A DNA stretch of 64,000 bases from Macrostomum hystrix (GCA_950097015.1 CATNEN010000001.1:26040001-26104000); one strand, 5' to 3'; counted from the first letter of the stretch, positions 1 to 11,433 are shown. Notes: generated by a model not told the origin, from the sequence alone. Made by a program: numbers and translations.

Positions 1-666
1 TCTAGCTTTAAAGAGTAGTGTTTCGATTATTTTGCATGGCATGAAGTCGTGCCCCTTATGCCAAATTTCCAAATTTGAAATAGCTCGTAACCCTCATTCT
101 GAGACCGGTCACAGTCACTATATGGCAATTGGACGAAAAACAGCATCACCTTCTTCAGTTGCGAAGTTGCATGGTCGGTGCAAGCTCCATCACATTGTAT
201 ATTTGCATACATTTGTAGCCAGACATCGAGAAAAACTATTCAATAAGTAATGTAACAAAAATATATATGAGGATAAAAGGCCAGGGCTTTAAACTTACGA
301 GCGTAGAATACATAAAGTACTGTCAGACCTATGAAGGAAAAGTTTCATAGAAAGAAATATACTACATGTTTCTACCAACAGAAGACAAACCAAACAACTA
401 AATGACACACAACAACAAAGGAAATCTTTAGCAAACTACAGAATAAAGTTGTAAATAATAAAACAACTGTTACCGCGAGGATAAAAACATTATCGATTGT
501 ATAAGTAGCAATCCAGTAACACTTTTCATGCTCGAAAAATTCTTTTAAAAACGTTGAAATTGCGCCTTTTGTACCACTCTTAAACTCGAAGTCAGGGAGA
601 ATAGCTGCGCATCGTACGGAGGGCAGCAGGGTTAGTCCAGCCAGTGAAAGCAAAAAGCAAATTCTG

Positions 667-1611
667 TTAGCCGAACAGAAAATAATTTCTACCAGAAGAG
701 TTGCTCAAGTTGGCAGGCGGGTAGACAAACTTGAGCAGGTGGCACAGCTGCTGCTGGCCTGAGAAGATCACCGCTATGCAGTTTGGAGTCATCGCACTGC
801 ACTGAGCCAGGCACTCCATTTTGCTCCCAGTGACGAACATCCAGGAGGCAGGCTCGGAGGACTGCACTGTCTGGCTGGGCATCGGCAACTGCTGCACGAA
901 GTTCTTTTCTAAGAAATTAGTGAGATCAAGCAGGGTTCAAGTAGTTAGCTGTCACATAGTTATGACCACGTTTCCCCCCCTAGGGAAATACCACGAGGGG
1001 TATTTCAAATACTCATTCGTATTTCATAGTATTTCAAATACTATTCGGTTAGTGGGAAAAAATTTGTCCCGAGTTCAAGATTTTCACGCGATTGGTTGAA
1101 TATTTTTTGAGATATTTAACCAGAGATCCAGTAGAAATAAAAATGAGGGTATTTGAAATACCCCACCGTGGTGTTTCTACTGAAAATAGATGAGACCGGT
1201 ATAAAATGTTTGCTCAAACTCACTGGGGTAGGTCAAGGCGAACACAGAGTTCCGCCAGCCGCCTCCGCAGTTCTGAGCCGAGTTTCCCTTGCACAGCATA
1301 CTGCAGTCAGTCTCGGCTGCTGACCCAAACGAACCGTAGGTGTTGCTGCATGTGCAGTAAGTTGCATACTGTAAAGCAAAATACTGGAAGCCACCCAGTG
1401 AGCAGACGCCGCTGCAGTACTCTCTGGACTGGCTGTTGCTTATGACAACGCCTTGTGCGTTGACGTTGACCAGGCCGATGCTGCTGACTCCCTTCAGCCC
1501 GCTCAGGTCTCTAGTAGCCGCGTCAAGGAAGCAGCCGAGATAGGAAAACTGCACCGATGGCAAAGCAAAGGCTGCAGCCAGTGAGGATAGAACAAGCGGG
1601 AGCGAGATCAT
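667..1611 (-). CDS. Secreted WSC-domain + C-terminal PAN/apple-like protein, paralog 1 (exons 1611-1224, 908-667)
   Basis: Signal peptide MISLPLVLSSLAAAFA; WSC pattern YLGCF...C.G.C...G..YFALQ..TYCTC...C.MLCKGN..QNCGGGWRNSVF; GTGAGT donor at 1223, ttcttag acceptor at 909, phase 1 join gives TYPKKNF; exon 2 has the four-Cys PAN-like pattern CLAQC..C.AVIF..QQLCHLL. Confidence 0.85.
986..1177. mobile_element. MITE-like inverted-repeat element inside the paralog 1 intron
   Basis: ~40-bp imperfect inverted repeats (gaaataccacgaggggtatttcaaatac... at ~986 vs ...gtatttgaaataccccaccgtggtgtttc at ~1177); related fragment near 41835-41862; no clean TSD. Confidence 0.55.
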
Positions 1612-1944
1612 TGTCGATTGGAGAGCTGAGGCTCGCAGTTTGGATAAGATCCATCTGTTATTTAGCTGCAATTTGCAGTTTTGCAGTTTGGCCGCTATTG
1701 GCCAATCAGATGAATCGTTTTGAAACTGTTGCGTACAGTATTAACAAAAGTATTTCATCCCATTTTATAAACGGCAAGTTTAGAACCAAAACAGAAGCAG
1801 TTTGGTTGGTCATTGTCCTTGGTCTTGATAGTTATACCCAGTCTTGCTATAGGCTTTTAATGACCAATAAATGTCACGGAAAAAAACTAAATCAAACTGA
1901 ACCTGGATGTCTACTGGCAATTTTTCTGTAAACCGTTATGCGCA

Positions 1945-2196
1945 ACGGGTGGGTGGTTGGGTGACAGTGAGAGTGGATGGGTGACAGTGAGGGTGGGTGA
2001 CAGTGAGGGTGGGTGACAGTGAGGGTGGATGGGTGACAGTGAGGGTGGTTGGGTGACAGTGAGGGTGGGTGACAGTGAGAGTGGATGGGTGACAGTGAGG
2101 GTGGATGGGTGACAGTGAGGGTGGGTGACAGTGAGGGTGGGTGACAGTGAGGGTGGATGGGTGACAGTGAAGGTGGGTGGGTGACAGTGAGGGTGA
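1945..2196. repeat. Minisatellite (gggtgacagtgagggt +/- ggat)n
   Basis: Visible tandem 16-20-bp units. Confidence 0.9.
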
Positions 2197-2891
2197 ATGT
2201 GATCACATTGGCACAGCTGGCTGTATCGGATCGTATGTCAAAAAAGTACTACCCCATCTGAGCCGTGACCTTTTGCTAAAAGTAGCTTAGGTACAAATTA
2301 GCATTAGTTTCTTGCTCCATAGCCTATTAGTGTCTCAGTGCTTGATTATGAACGCATTTAAATCAATCCTGAATTTGACCAAGGGGGTTTTCGTGATAAG
2401 GGAAACAACTCCTTCGATTACTAACAGTAGCATGCAAAGAATAGCTCCAGCAAAGCCTCATCTGATGAAATATTTTAATGTTACTTTCTTGTATATTCTT
2501 TCCATGTTCGTGGCTATAATGATGTTTCCTAGTATGTCTGAATATGTCTAGCTGAAATGAGTATTCTTATTATTTAGATTTATAGTTCTTATCCAGGCCA
2601 ATTTTAGATGGCAAAAGAAGGGGGCGGGCGGACGGGCAAACCTCTTCGCTCAGCGCAAGAACTTAAATACCATTTTGACCAAAGGCTCCCATTCGACAGG
2701 AGTCTCTTAGCGAATACCAAAGTCTGAGTACTCTTTGATTTTTTACAAGCGCACATACAGGTGAATCGCATAGGTTAAATTGCAACACTTCACTGATAGA
2801 TAAATAAAGCCAGACTCCAAATAAACGGTGGAACTGCTCAGCTGCGCATTTGCTTTGCTCCGTGTCGCTGATCTACAAGGAATCCAGACTC

Positions 2892-3623
2892 ATGCAAGCC
2901 AAGTATCGTACTCTTCTGCTGACTGCAGTCTGCCTCTGCGCTCTTCTCGTCAGCGCGACTGTCAGAGAGGCTGAAGTCTCGTACATCGGCTGCTTCAAAG
3001 ACACCTCTGAGAGGGACATGGGTGATGGACTCTCTGCAGTCAGCAGTGTGGGTGTCATCAACATCTCCAGTGTCGCGTGGATCGATCGCACAGCGATGTC
3101 GGTTGACGTTTGCATCGGCCTCTGCTCACTAGGCGGATTCCCCTACATGGGGCTACAAAGCCGCCAGGCTTGCTACTGCAACAAAGACTACGGACGCTAT
3201 GGAGCTGCCCCTGAGACCCAATGCAACAACAACTGCCCGGGAAATCCGCGGCAGATCTGCGGAGGCGGCTGGCGGAACTCAGTATTTGCTCTGACCTACC
3301 CCAGTGAGTTGCCTCAGTGCCTCAGCTGTGAAAGCATCAAGCTCATTGAGAATATACAGACTGAGTCATTGACATTGTTTTCAGAGAAACACTTTTTCAT
3401 CTTGAGAGCTCGACCCACTGAGACAGTCGTTGCTGCGCAGCACACATTCTGGACTGTTTCCGGTGTGCAAAAAATGAAGTGCTTTGCTCAGTGCGAGGCC
3501 AAGGCTGCCGACTGTCAGGCTGTGATCTTCTCAGTCCAGCAGCAGCTGTGCCACCTGCTCAGGTTCGCGTACCCGCCTGCCAGTCTGAGCAGCTCAGCTG
3601 GAGACTACTACCTGCGTGGCTGA
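2892..3623 (+). CDS. Secreted WSC + PAN/apple-like protein, paralog 2 (exons 2892-3303, 3385-3623)
   Basis: Signal peptide MQAKYRTLLLTAVCLCALLVSA; complete WSC cysteine set; 81-bp GTGAGT...ttttcag intron (3304-3384) at the same position and phase as in paralog 1. Confidence 0.85.
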   Translation: MQAKYRTLLLTAVCLCALLVSATVREAEVSYIGCFKDTSERDMGDGLSAVSSVGVINISSVAWIDRTAMSVDVCIGLCSLGGFPYMGLQSRQACYCNKDYGRYGAAPETQCNNNCPGNPRQICGGGWRNSVFALTYPSELPQCLSCESIKLIENIQTESLTLFSEKHFFILRARPTETVVAAQHTFWTVSGVQKMKCFAQCEAKAADCQAVIFSVQQQLCHLLRFAYPPASLSSSAGDYYLRG

Positions 3624-4334
3624 TGTGAAACAGCCGCTCCACTGAAGGTGACAAGCCGACGTTTGCGTTAGTGCGCACATAACTTTACTTAAAATTATAT
3701 ATTCGTGTGCGACACAGAGGCATTGTTTTTGGACTTCTTATTCTAAATTACGGGCAATCGAAACTAAAGCAGAAAGGTCTGCTTTCGTGAGTGAGTACGA
3801 AGTAATATTCTGTGTGATCCAATCCGAAATTCTGCACACCAGTCTCGTTAGTGTATCGCAGTAACTAATTCTTGCAGATGACGCATTTGCAAGCAATGAT
3901 GAAAAAGTTGTTGCCGTGTAACCAGGATTAATAAAGCTGTCCTGTTATTCTGCTCCTGACCCTGGTTTCCTTTTCCCTTTTCTCCATTATTAATCGGTAA
4001 AAACTGAAAGCCCGGAACATGAGTTTGAGTTATCTAAGCTACAGGCTTCAGGTTCTGTGTCTTGCAGTCGTCAATGCATATTCTATGCTTTTAGCTACAT
4101 TTTAGCATTTTTGGCCCATTAGGAAACCGCATTTCCCATCAACTGACAACTATATGCTTCTAAAACCTTTTACTTTCGATATTACGGCACTCAGATTTCT
4201 GGCACAATTTCTATGGCATTCTTTTTGGGTAGAAACAGAAGTAACTGCTGTTGAATGGTCCTTGTCGTGCGCTTTGGTATTTGCAAACGAGACGAAAACC
4301 TTTGGATAGCCTAGTCGTAGATCCGCTTATCGCA

Positions 4335-5095
4335 ATAATGCTGCTGGCGCATGAAGCTAATGCTACTGCTGCTGGCGCATGAAGCTAATGCTACTGCTGC
4401 TGGCGCATTAGCTAATGCTACTGCTGCTGGCGCATGAAGCTAATGCTACTGCTGCTGGCGCATTAGCTAATGCTACTGCTGCTGGCGCATGAAGCTAATG
4501 CTACTGCTGCTGGCGCATTAGCTAATGCTACTGCTGCTGGCGCATTAGCTAATGCTACTGCTGCTGGCGCATGAAGCTAATGCTACTGCTGCTGGCGCAT
4601 TAGCTAATGCTACTGCTGCTGGCGCATTAGCTAATGCTACTGCTGCTGGCGCATGAAGCTAATGCTACTGCTGCTGGCGCATTAGCTAATGCTACTGCTG
4701 CTGGCGCATGAAGCTAATGCTACTGCTGCTGGCGCATTAGCTAATGCTACTGCTGCTGGCGCATGAAGCTAATGCTACTGCTGCTGGCGCATTAGCTAAT
4801 GCTACTGCTGCTGGCGCATGAAGCTAATGCTACTGCTGCTGGCGCATTAGCTAATGCTACTGCTGCTGGCGCATAAGCTAATGCTACTGCTGCTGGCGCA
4901 TTAGCTAATGCTACTGCTGCTGGCGCATTAGCTAATGCTACTGCTGCTGGCGCATTAGCTAATGCTACTGCTGCTGGCGCAATAGCTAATGCTACTGCTG
5001 GCGCATGAAGCTAATGCTACTGCTGGCGCATGAAGCTAATGCTACTGCTGGCGCATGAAGCTAATGCTACTGCTGGCGCATGAAGCCAATGCTAC
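4335..5095. repeat. Minisatellite gctaatgctactgctgctggcgcat(ta/gaa), ~25-28 bp unit
   Basis: Visible tandem array between paralogs 2 and 3. Confidence 0.95.
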
Positions 5096-5555
5096 CGTAA
5101 AGATATCACTTTGTGTGGCCCCGTAAAAGTAGTGTCAGGTAATTGTTTGCTTTAGCTGGAATAGGAAAAAGTGAACTGTCCATGAAAGTTTTTCCATCTA
5201 ATATTATTATTGATGTTATTATTAATATTATTTTAATTATCTTATTAAGCTATTATGAGTAGTAATTTGCTAAAAACATTTGAAGATTTAAACTTGCCGA
5301 TTTTAATTGGAACTGAAAATTGTAAGGTAATTAATTTGTAGCAGTGGTGCAGGACTCACGCCTCACTATTGAGAATGCCAGGGTTTTTGTCAGAGTGAAA
5401 CAACTCGTTCGTCTACTAACAGTAGCATGCAAAGAATGGCTTTGACGAAGCCTCATCTAATGGATATATTTAGGCATTCCTGAAATTAAAGGTGGAACTG
5501 CTCAGCTGTGCATTTGCTTTGCTCTTTGTCACTGACTCAGAAGGTATCCAGACTC

Positions 5556-6288
5556 ATGCAAGCCAAGTATCGTACTCTTCTGCTGACTGCAGTCTGCCTC
5601 TGCGCTCTTCTCGTCAGCGCGACTGTCAGACAGGCTGAAGTCTCGTACATCGGCTGCTTCCAAGACACCTCTGAGAGGGGACATGGGTGATGGACTCTCT
5701 GCAGTCAGCAGTGTGGGTGTCATCAACATCACCAATAGGAGGTGGATCGATGGCACAGCGATGTCGGCTGACGTTTACATCGGCCTCTGCTCACTAGGCG
5801 GGTTCCCCTACATGGGGCTACAAAGCCACAAAGCCTGCTAATACAACAAAGACTACGGACGCTATGGAGCTGCCCCTGAGACCGACTGCAACAGGGTCTG
5901 CAGAGGAAACCCGCGGCAGATCTGCGGAGGCGAATGGCGGAACTCGGTGTTCGCCCTGACCTACCCCAGTGAGTTGCCTCAGTGCCTCAGCTGTGACAGC
6001 ATCAAGCTCATTGAGAATATACAAACTGAGTCATTGACATTGTTTTCAGAGAAACACATTTTCACTCTGAGAGCTCGGCCCACTGAGACAGTCGTTGCTG
6101 CGCAGCACACATTCTGGACTGTTTCCGGTGTGCTAAAAATGGAGTGCCTGGCTCAGTGCGAGGCCAAGACTGCCGACTGTCAGGCTGTGATCTTCTCAGG
6201 CCAGCAGCAGCTGTGCCACCTGCTCAGGTTCGCGTACCCGCCTGCCAGTCTGAACAGCTCAGCTGGAGACTGCTACCTGCGTGGCTGA
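5556..6288 (+). pseudogene. WSC + PAN paralog 3, pseudogene
   Basis: Near copy of paralog 2 with an extra G at 5677-5680 (frameshift), TAA at 5839-5841 where paralog 2 has TGC-TAC-TGC, and Cys-to-Tyr changes. Confidence 0.8.
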
Positions 6289-8650
6289 TCCCATACGTTT
6301 GGAAAGCATAGAAACTCATGCCGAAAATCATGTGACACTTCTGTTTGCCAGAGGCGCTAATCTACAAAAGAAAGTTTTCAGTAAAGCCTCACGATCTCAC
6401 CCTGAATCTTGAAAGAAAATCCCTATATTTAATATAGGAAATGTCAATAAGATTTTGAGTTATTTTTCGGGGAATTTCTTTATGAGACAATTTTTAATAC
6501 CTTTTTACTTTTTTATTCACTTGTTTTTTCAAGTATTTTGTTTGTCACACGCCACAGGTTTAAAGATTCATATCTCACTCACTAGCGGTCTGTTTACTGT
6601 CTGTCTTGTCTATTATTTACGCATGTCTCTAGCAGCACTGAATTGCTCTCGTTTTCTGCGTTGAGTGCAGTGTCAACAGCGCAGGATGATTTTCCCCTGT
6701 CTCAGATAGTCTATTTGAATTCCTGTCATCGCCAATCCTTCGATTCTTTCCTCCATGGCTACAACCACTTGTAAGAATCTACAATTTCTTGACCAGATAG
6801 GAAACAGCTTTCCGATTCAAACTCTGAAAGCAACTCTGCTAATAGTTTTTACAGTTTCTCTCGCAAACTCAAGCATTGTGATTTGCTGCATCAGTACGTT
6901 TGCTTTGTTTTGTTCAGAAATGGATGCAAGCAACAGTGCCTTCATCACTTCTTGTTGTTGTTTATAACTTTTTTGTACCAGCCATTGTTGCTTGTGACAA
7001 AAGTCGCTCATAAAAGGAAGCAACTCATAGAAAGACGAGGGAAATAATTTTCATGCTTATCTGCCAATTTTTATACTGAAATTCTTATCAATCAACCACA
7101 ATGGCTTCGAGAATAGAATGCAAGCATTCCAACAATGAGTGATGGACTAGTTGAGCGCTACAGCACATTTTTGGCACATCCGTCATGTGATATTCTGTTT
7201 GCAGAGCACATTATCATGTTTCCCGTCTCGATCTGCAAAAGCCGATTCAAAGTCGAGCTGAGCGGTTTCATTATGTTTCTGGTTTGATTTGAAATAAATT
7301 TTGCCGGAAAAAAGTTACTCGGAAATGATCGGAGCAACTCACAGCGTTTGCAAACTGCCTCAAAGACAACACGTCACTAAGAAACCGGAATCGTGGAAAT
7401 CGTGGTCAGAGTTCGTCATGATTTGCTGACAAATCAATTTACAGCACAGAGCTTGTCATTTGTGGCATTTCTGCCGCAACAGCTTTGGAGCACATTTTCT
7501 TAAAAACCATTTAATTATTTTCAACTAGACCGCCAACTTACTGTTAGCAAATCTTGAAGCTTTCTAAATTTTGCGAAAGAAAAAAATACTGCAATGACAA
7601 TAAAAGACAAAATCGTTTCAAACAACATTTTTTAACGTTTTTTCTACTTTTTTCTTTTCGATACGTTTAGATACACACTTAGTATACCTTTTAGTACTTT
7701 ACTTCATACTCGTACGAGCGTAAATGCGACTGTGAATTTAATTACAGATTTTAATTGCTTCATGTGTGTGCTTTCCTTGGTTCGACAGTTGTGGCTCATT
7801 TCGATCTGCTTTGACGCATGCGTATGTAGGCCATTTTATTTGTCAGCTGTTTTACACACAGACTACTTGGATTAAACTACAGTGAAGTAGTAACTGTGTA
7901 CGTGGTTGCTTCGTTTTCGGTTCCGATTGAAATGAACACCTGAAATCAACTCCTAAAACAAACGGTAGGGTTGCTGCCATCTTGGTCAGAAGGGTCTCAT
8001 TGTCTCATAAGACTACTGTCGCCTTAGACCTAATTAAAGAATAAATAACACCTGAAACTCGAGACCTGGAGGAAACTCTAAACCAAAAGAGTCCTTCCTA
8101 ATACCTAAATCTACTTAGCTCTGATATAGTTCTCACTGTTTTCCCGATGGAAAATTGTATCCAAGTTATTATAAGAGAGTTTTTCGATACTCAGCGATTG
8201 CAGACGGTGCTGCGCGGGTCGGCGGAGGGGTCTGGTTTTTGGGCTTGCAGGCGTCTCGTATTTATAGCCGTTTTGGACCCCTCCATCCTGCCGGCGCACG
8301 CTATTGGTCGGGGCGCTATGGCGCCTTCACATTGGCTGCAACGATTTTAGCAGTCGGAAAAACCGTGGAAATACCGACTAGCAGTTTTTATATATACTCT
8401 GACTATTTAGCTTACGATAAAAATATCTCAGCACTCCAACTTACTAGCTAATTAAATAACGGAGACTAATCCAGACCATACACTAGTCAAGGAGTTGGAG
8501 CTATATGCTAAGCCTAGTAACTAGCGACTCACTGCAAAAAATTGGCCTTAGCTTCGCTGCAGCTTTTCTCCTATAACAGAGCTCTCCGTTACGTACTTCG
8601 CTCAAGGCTGTTGTGGTTTCCCCTATCATATTGAATTATTATTATGATAT

Positions 8651-8855
8651 GGGGGTTGCAGTCATGTGGTTAGAGAATCGGACTCACGACGTGAAGGTCC
8701 ATGGTTCGATCTGATGGAACAGTTTGTTCTTTAGCAAGACACTTAACTCTGCATGGCTTCAGGTCACCCTGCTACCAGCATCAGCAGGGGTAATTGAGGA
8801 TGGGCTTTGCGTTCCCCGAGTCCATGGACTGAAGAACCGCGCACAGCCTTCAGAT
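8651..8855 (+). mobile_element. tRNA-derived SINE, family B (other copies ~28550-28745 -, ~31685-31825 -, ~38265-38400 +)
   Basis: A-box (tggttagag) and B-box (ggttcgat) head; 3' motif gtccatggactga...cagc shared by three copies and degenerate in the ~28550 copy. Confidence 0.65.
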
Positions 8856-8904
8856 AAGACTAGGCTGTCCATTTGTTGCAGCTGTAATAAATTATAACCT
8901 GCTT

Positions 8905-9222
8905 TATTTTTTATTCTGTAGTATGCATTAGACGCGCAGCCAGCGCTCCATTTCGCTGACTCCTGAGCACACACGCACACAGATACTGTACGTAGGTATT
9001 CGCTCACAGAGGTGTGTACATCTGCCCTGACTTTCTCATCGTCAGGCAGTGTACACTCTCACTGTGCCTGGGAGGTTGGCCCTCAATGGCGTAAATTGCA
9101 CGTCAAGCCCCCAAGCCTTCTCTCCGCGGCTGCGCCCCAAATAAATGTGGCCTCGCTGCGGAATCGAACTTAGGGACCTTGGTGCGAGAGGCAAACGCGA
9201 TAACCGCTCTGCCACCGATCCC
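8905..9222 (-). mobile_element. tRNA-derived SINE, family A (other copies ~20150-20227 -, ~38070-38215 +, ~46505-46632 -, ~48960-49200 -)
   Basis: Head ggtggcagagcggttatcgcg...gttcgattcc with A/B boxes; body gaaggcttgggggcttgacgtgc...ggccaacctcc and hairpin gtgtacactgcctgac...gtcagggcagatgtacac; A-rich tail; overlapping parts recur in five copies. Confidence 0.75.
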
Positions 9223-9383
9223 CTTATCGCAATTAGGCATAAGAATCTAAAAATTTTGCAGAAGAGACAGTTGCCAGACTGAAGTATATCTGCAATCATT
9301 GCTCTGAATGCTTTGTTTAAACAGACTAGTTTAATTAATCGAGAGCAAATAGATAGTTATGAGCGTGTCTTTAAACTCTACAA

Positions 9384-9866
9384 CAGGGGTGGGCAAACTT
9401 ATTTGCTGGCGGGCCAAAGAGAGAGCCTAAAAGACGACAGCGGGCCGCATTGACTGTATAAATATGAGATAGGGGAGAGATGAGACACGGGAGAGATGAG
9501 ACACAGGAAAGATGGGACACGAGAGAGATGAGACACGGGAGAGATAATACAGGGAAGAGATTAGACACGGGAGAGATGAGACAGGGAAGAGATTAGACAC
9601 GGGAGAAATTAGACACGGGAGAGATTAGACACGGGAGAGATGAGACAGGGAAGAGATTAGACACGGGAGAAATTAGACACGGGAGAGATTAGACGCGGGA
9701 GAGACTAGACACGGGAGAGATTAGATACGAGAGCGATGAGACACGGGAGATATTAGACACGAGAGAGATGAAACAGGACACTGTAGATGTCAGAAGGTGC
9801 AACGGGCCGGATTTGGGAGCTTCGAGGGCCGCATCTGGCCCGCGGGCCGGAGTTTGCCCACCCCTG
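9384..9866. mobile_element. Non-autonomous hAT MITE with internal ~17-bp minisatellite
   Basis: TIRs caggggtgggcaaac / gtttgcccacccctg; perfect 8-bp TSD ctctacaa (9376-9383, 9867-9874); internal (gagacacgggagagat)-type repeats. Confidence 0.9.
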
Positions 9867-10426
9867 CTCTACAAGTATCACTAATTAAGTCTAAGTATCA
9901 CAAAGTTACCGAGACAGAATGAATAATAAAAATAATAGGACGAAATTGACGCCATGAGTTTCTTGAAACTGGATTGCATAGCTTGTACGAAGTATTTGCC
10001 TTGTGAGTCTATAGCTTTAAACCAGAAAAAAACAAAGCAAAGGTCAAAGTGGCTATTGTCATGATAGATTGTAATTGTGGCCTTGTAAAGCAATTTTGCA
10101 GTAGAAATAACAAGCTTACTTGTATTTTTTACTTCCCGTATTGCTAATTGGCGTACAGGGGTCCTCCGTCAGAGTCGTTGAATATCTCGGCTTTCTGTTG
10201 GAGAAGCTGCTTTTTGACTCTTGTCTCAAAGTGTGCCCAACAAAAAGTTAAACCTGTGTTCTAGAATTTCGTGTGTCTGTGTGTTTTCTATTCAGAGTTA
10301 GTGAAAAAAACTGTTGTCAGAAGAAAAACAATCCAATGTACCTTTACTATTTGGCGCAGGACGTGGTTACTGCAGTACGTGGTTATCGCAGTATAGAATA
10401 GTACCTCTTTACAGAACTTACCCACC

Positions 10427-11029
10427 CTAACAAGCAAGACAGCACAGCAAAAAAGAGCCACGCAGGTAGTAGTCTCCAGCTGAGCTGCTCAGACTGGCAG
10501 GCGGGTACGCGAACCTGAGCAGGTGGCACAGCTGCTGCTGGCCTGAGAAGATCACAGCCTGACAGTCGGCAGTCTTGGCCTCGCACTGAGCCAGGCACTC
10601 CATTTTTAGCACACCGGAAACAGTCCAGAATGTGTGCTGCGCAGCAACGACTGTCTCAGTGGGCCGAGCTCTCAGAGTGAAAAAGTGTTTCTCTGAAAAC
10701 AATGTCAACGACTCAGTCTGTAAATTCTCAATGAGCTTGATGCTGTCACAGCTGAGGCACTGAGGCAACTCACTGGGGTAGGTCAGGGCGAACACCGAGT
10801 TCCGCCATTCGCCTCCGCAGATCTGCAGTGGATTTCCCGGGCAGTTGTTGAACGAAGCAACGGATATGCTGAACTCGCCTAGACTGCTGACTGCCGCGAG
10901 CCCGTTTATATCCCTGTCAGAGGTGTCTCGGTAGCAGCCGATGTATGAGACTTCAACCTCTCTGGCTGTCGCGCTAATAAGAAGAGCGCAGAGGCAGACT
11001 GCAGTCAGCAGCCGGTGATGGGGCTTCAT
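10427..11029 (-). pseudogene. WSC + PAN paralog 4: open frame but ~48-codon deletion in the WSC core and lost stop codon (intron 10773-10693)
   Basis: SVASF joined directly to NNCPGN, five WSC cysteines missing; homology ends at ...ctgcgtggct and reads on into SFLLCCLAC. Confidence 0.7.
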
Positions 11030-11249
11030 GAGTTCTGCACTCCTAGATCAGTGACGCCATGCTAGTGCGGTATCTTCTTATATATATCCCTCCGAGAAAG
11101 GCATCCTTTCTCTAACTGCCAAATGTTCATTGTGTGCTACTTTAAGTGACCTAATTGCACCACTTTTTGCCATTAAAGTTAACTGAACTTGCAGGACTTG
11201 TAGGTTTAACTGTAGGTGTAACTGTAGGTGTGACAGCTGGTATGACGGG

Positions 11250-11433
11250 TAGTGTAACAGCTAATGTGACAGCTAGTGTAACAGCTAGTGTGACAGCTAG
11301 TGTGACAGCTAGTGTGACAGCTAGTGTGACAGCTAGTGTGACGCTAATGTGACAGCTAGTGTGACAGCTAGTGTGACAGCTAGTGTGACAGCTAGTGTGA
11401 CAGCTAGTGTGACAGCTAGTGCGACAGCTAGTG
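11250..11433. repeat. 12-bp minisatellite (gtgacagctagt)n
   Basis: Visible tandem units. Confidence 0.9.

Noticed and set aside
6400-8450. Possible gene or ncRNA between WSC paralog 3 and the SINEs
   Set aside because: Only short ORFs without recognisable motifs or a consistent splice model; probably decayed transposon sequence, but not assignable.
8651-8720. tRNA genes (also ~9150-9222, ~38270-38320, ~43765-43822)
   Set aside because: A/B boxes are present but no complete cloverleaf, and each continues into a SINE-like body.
9012-9056. Hammerhead ribozyme in SINE A (minus strand CTGACGA-tga-GAAA-GTC)
   Set aside because: The core words are in order, but there is no room for stem II or stem III; the region folds better as a simple hairpin. 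A covariance-model search on the family consensus would settle it.
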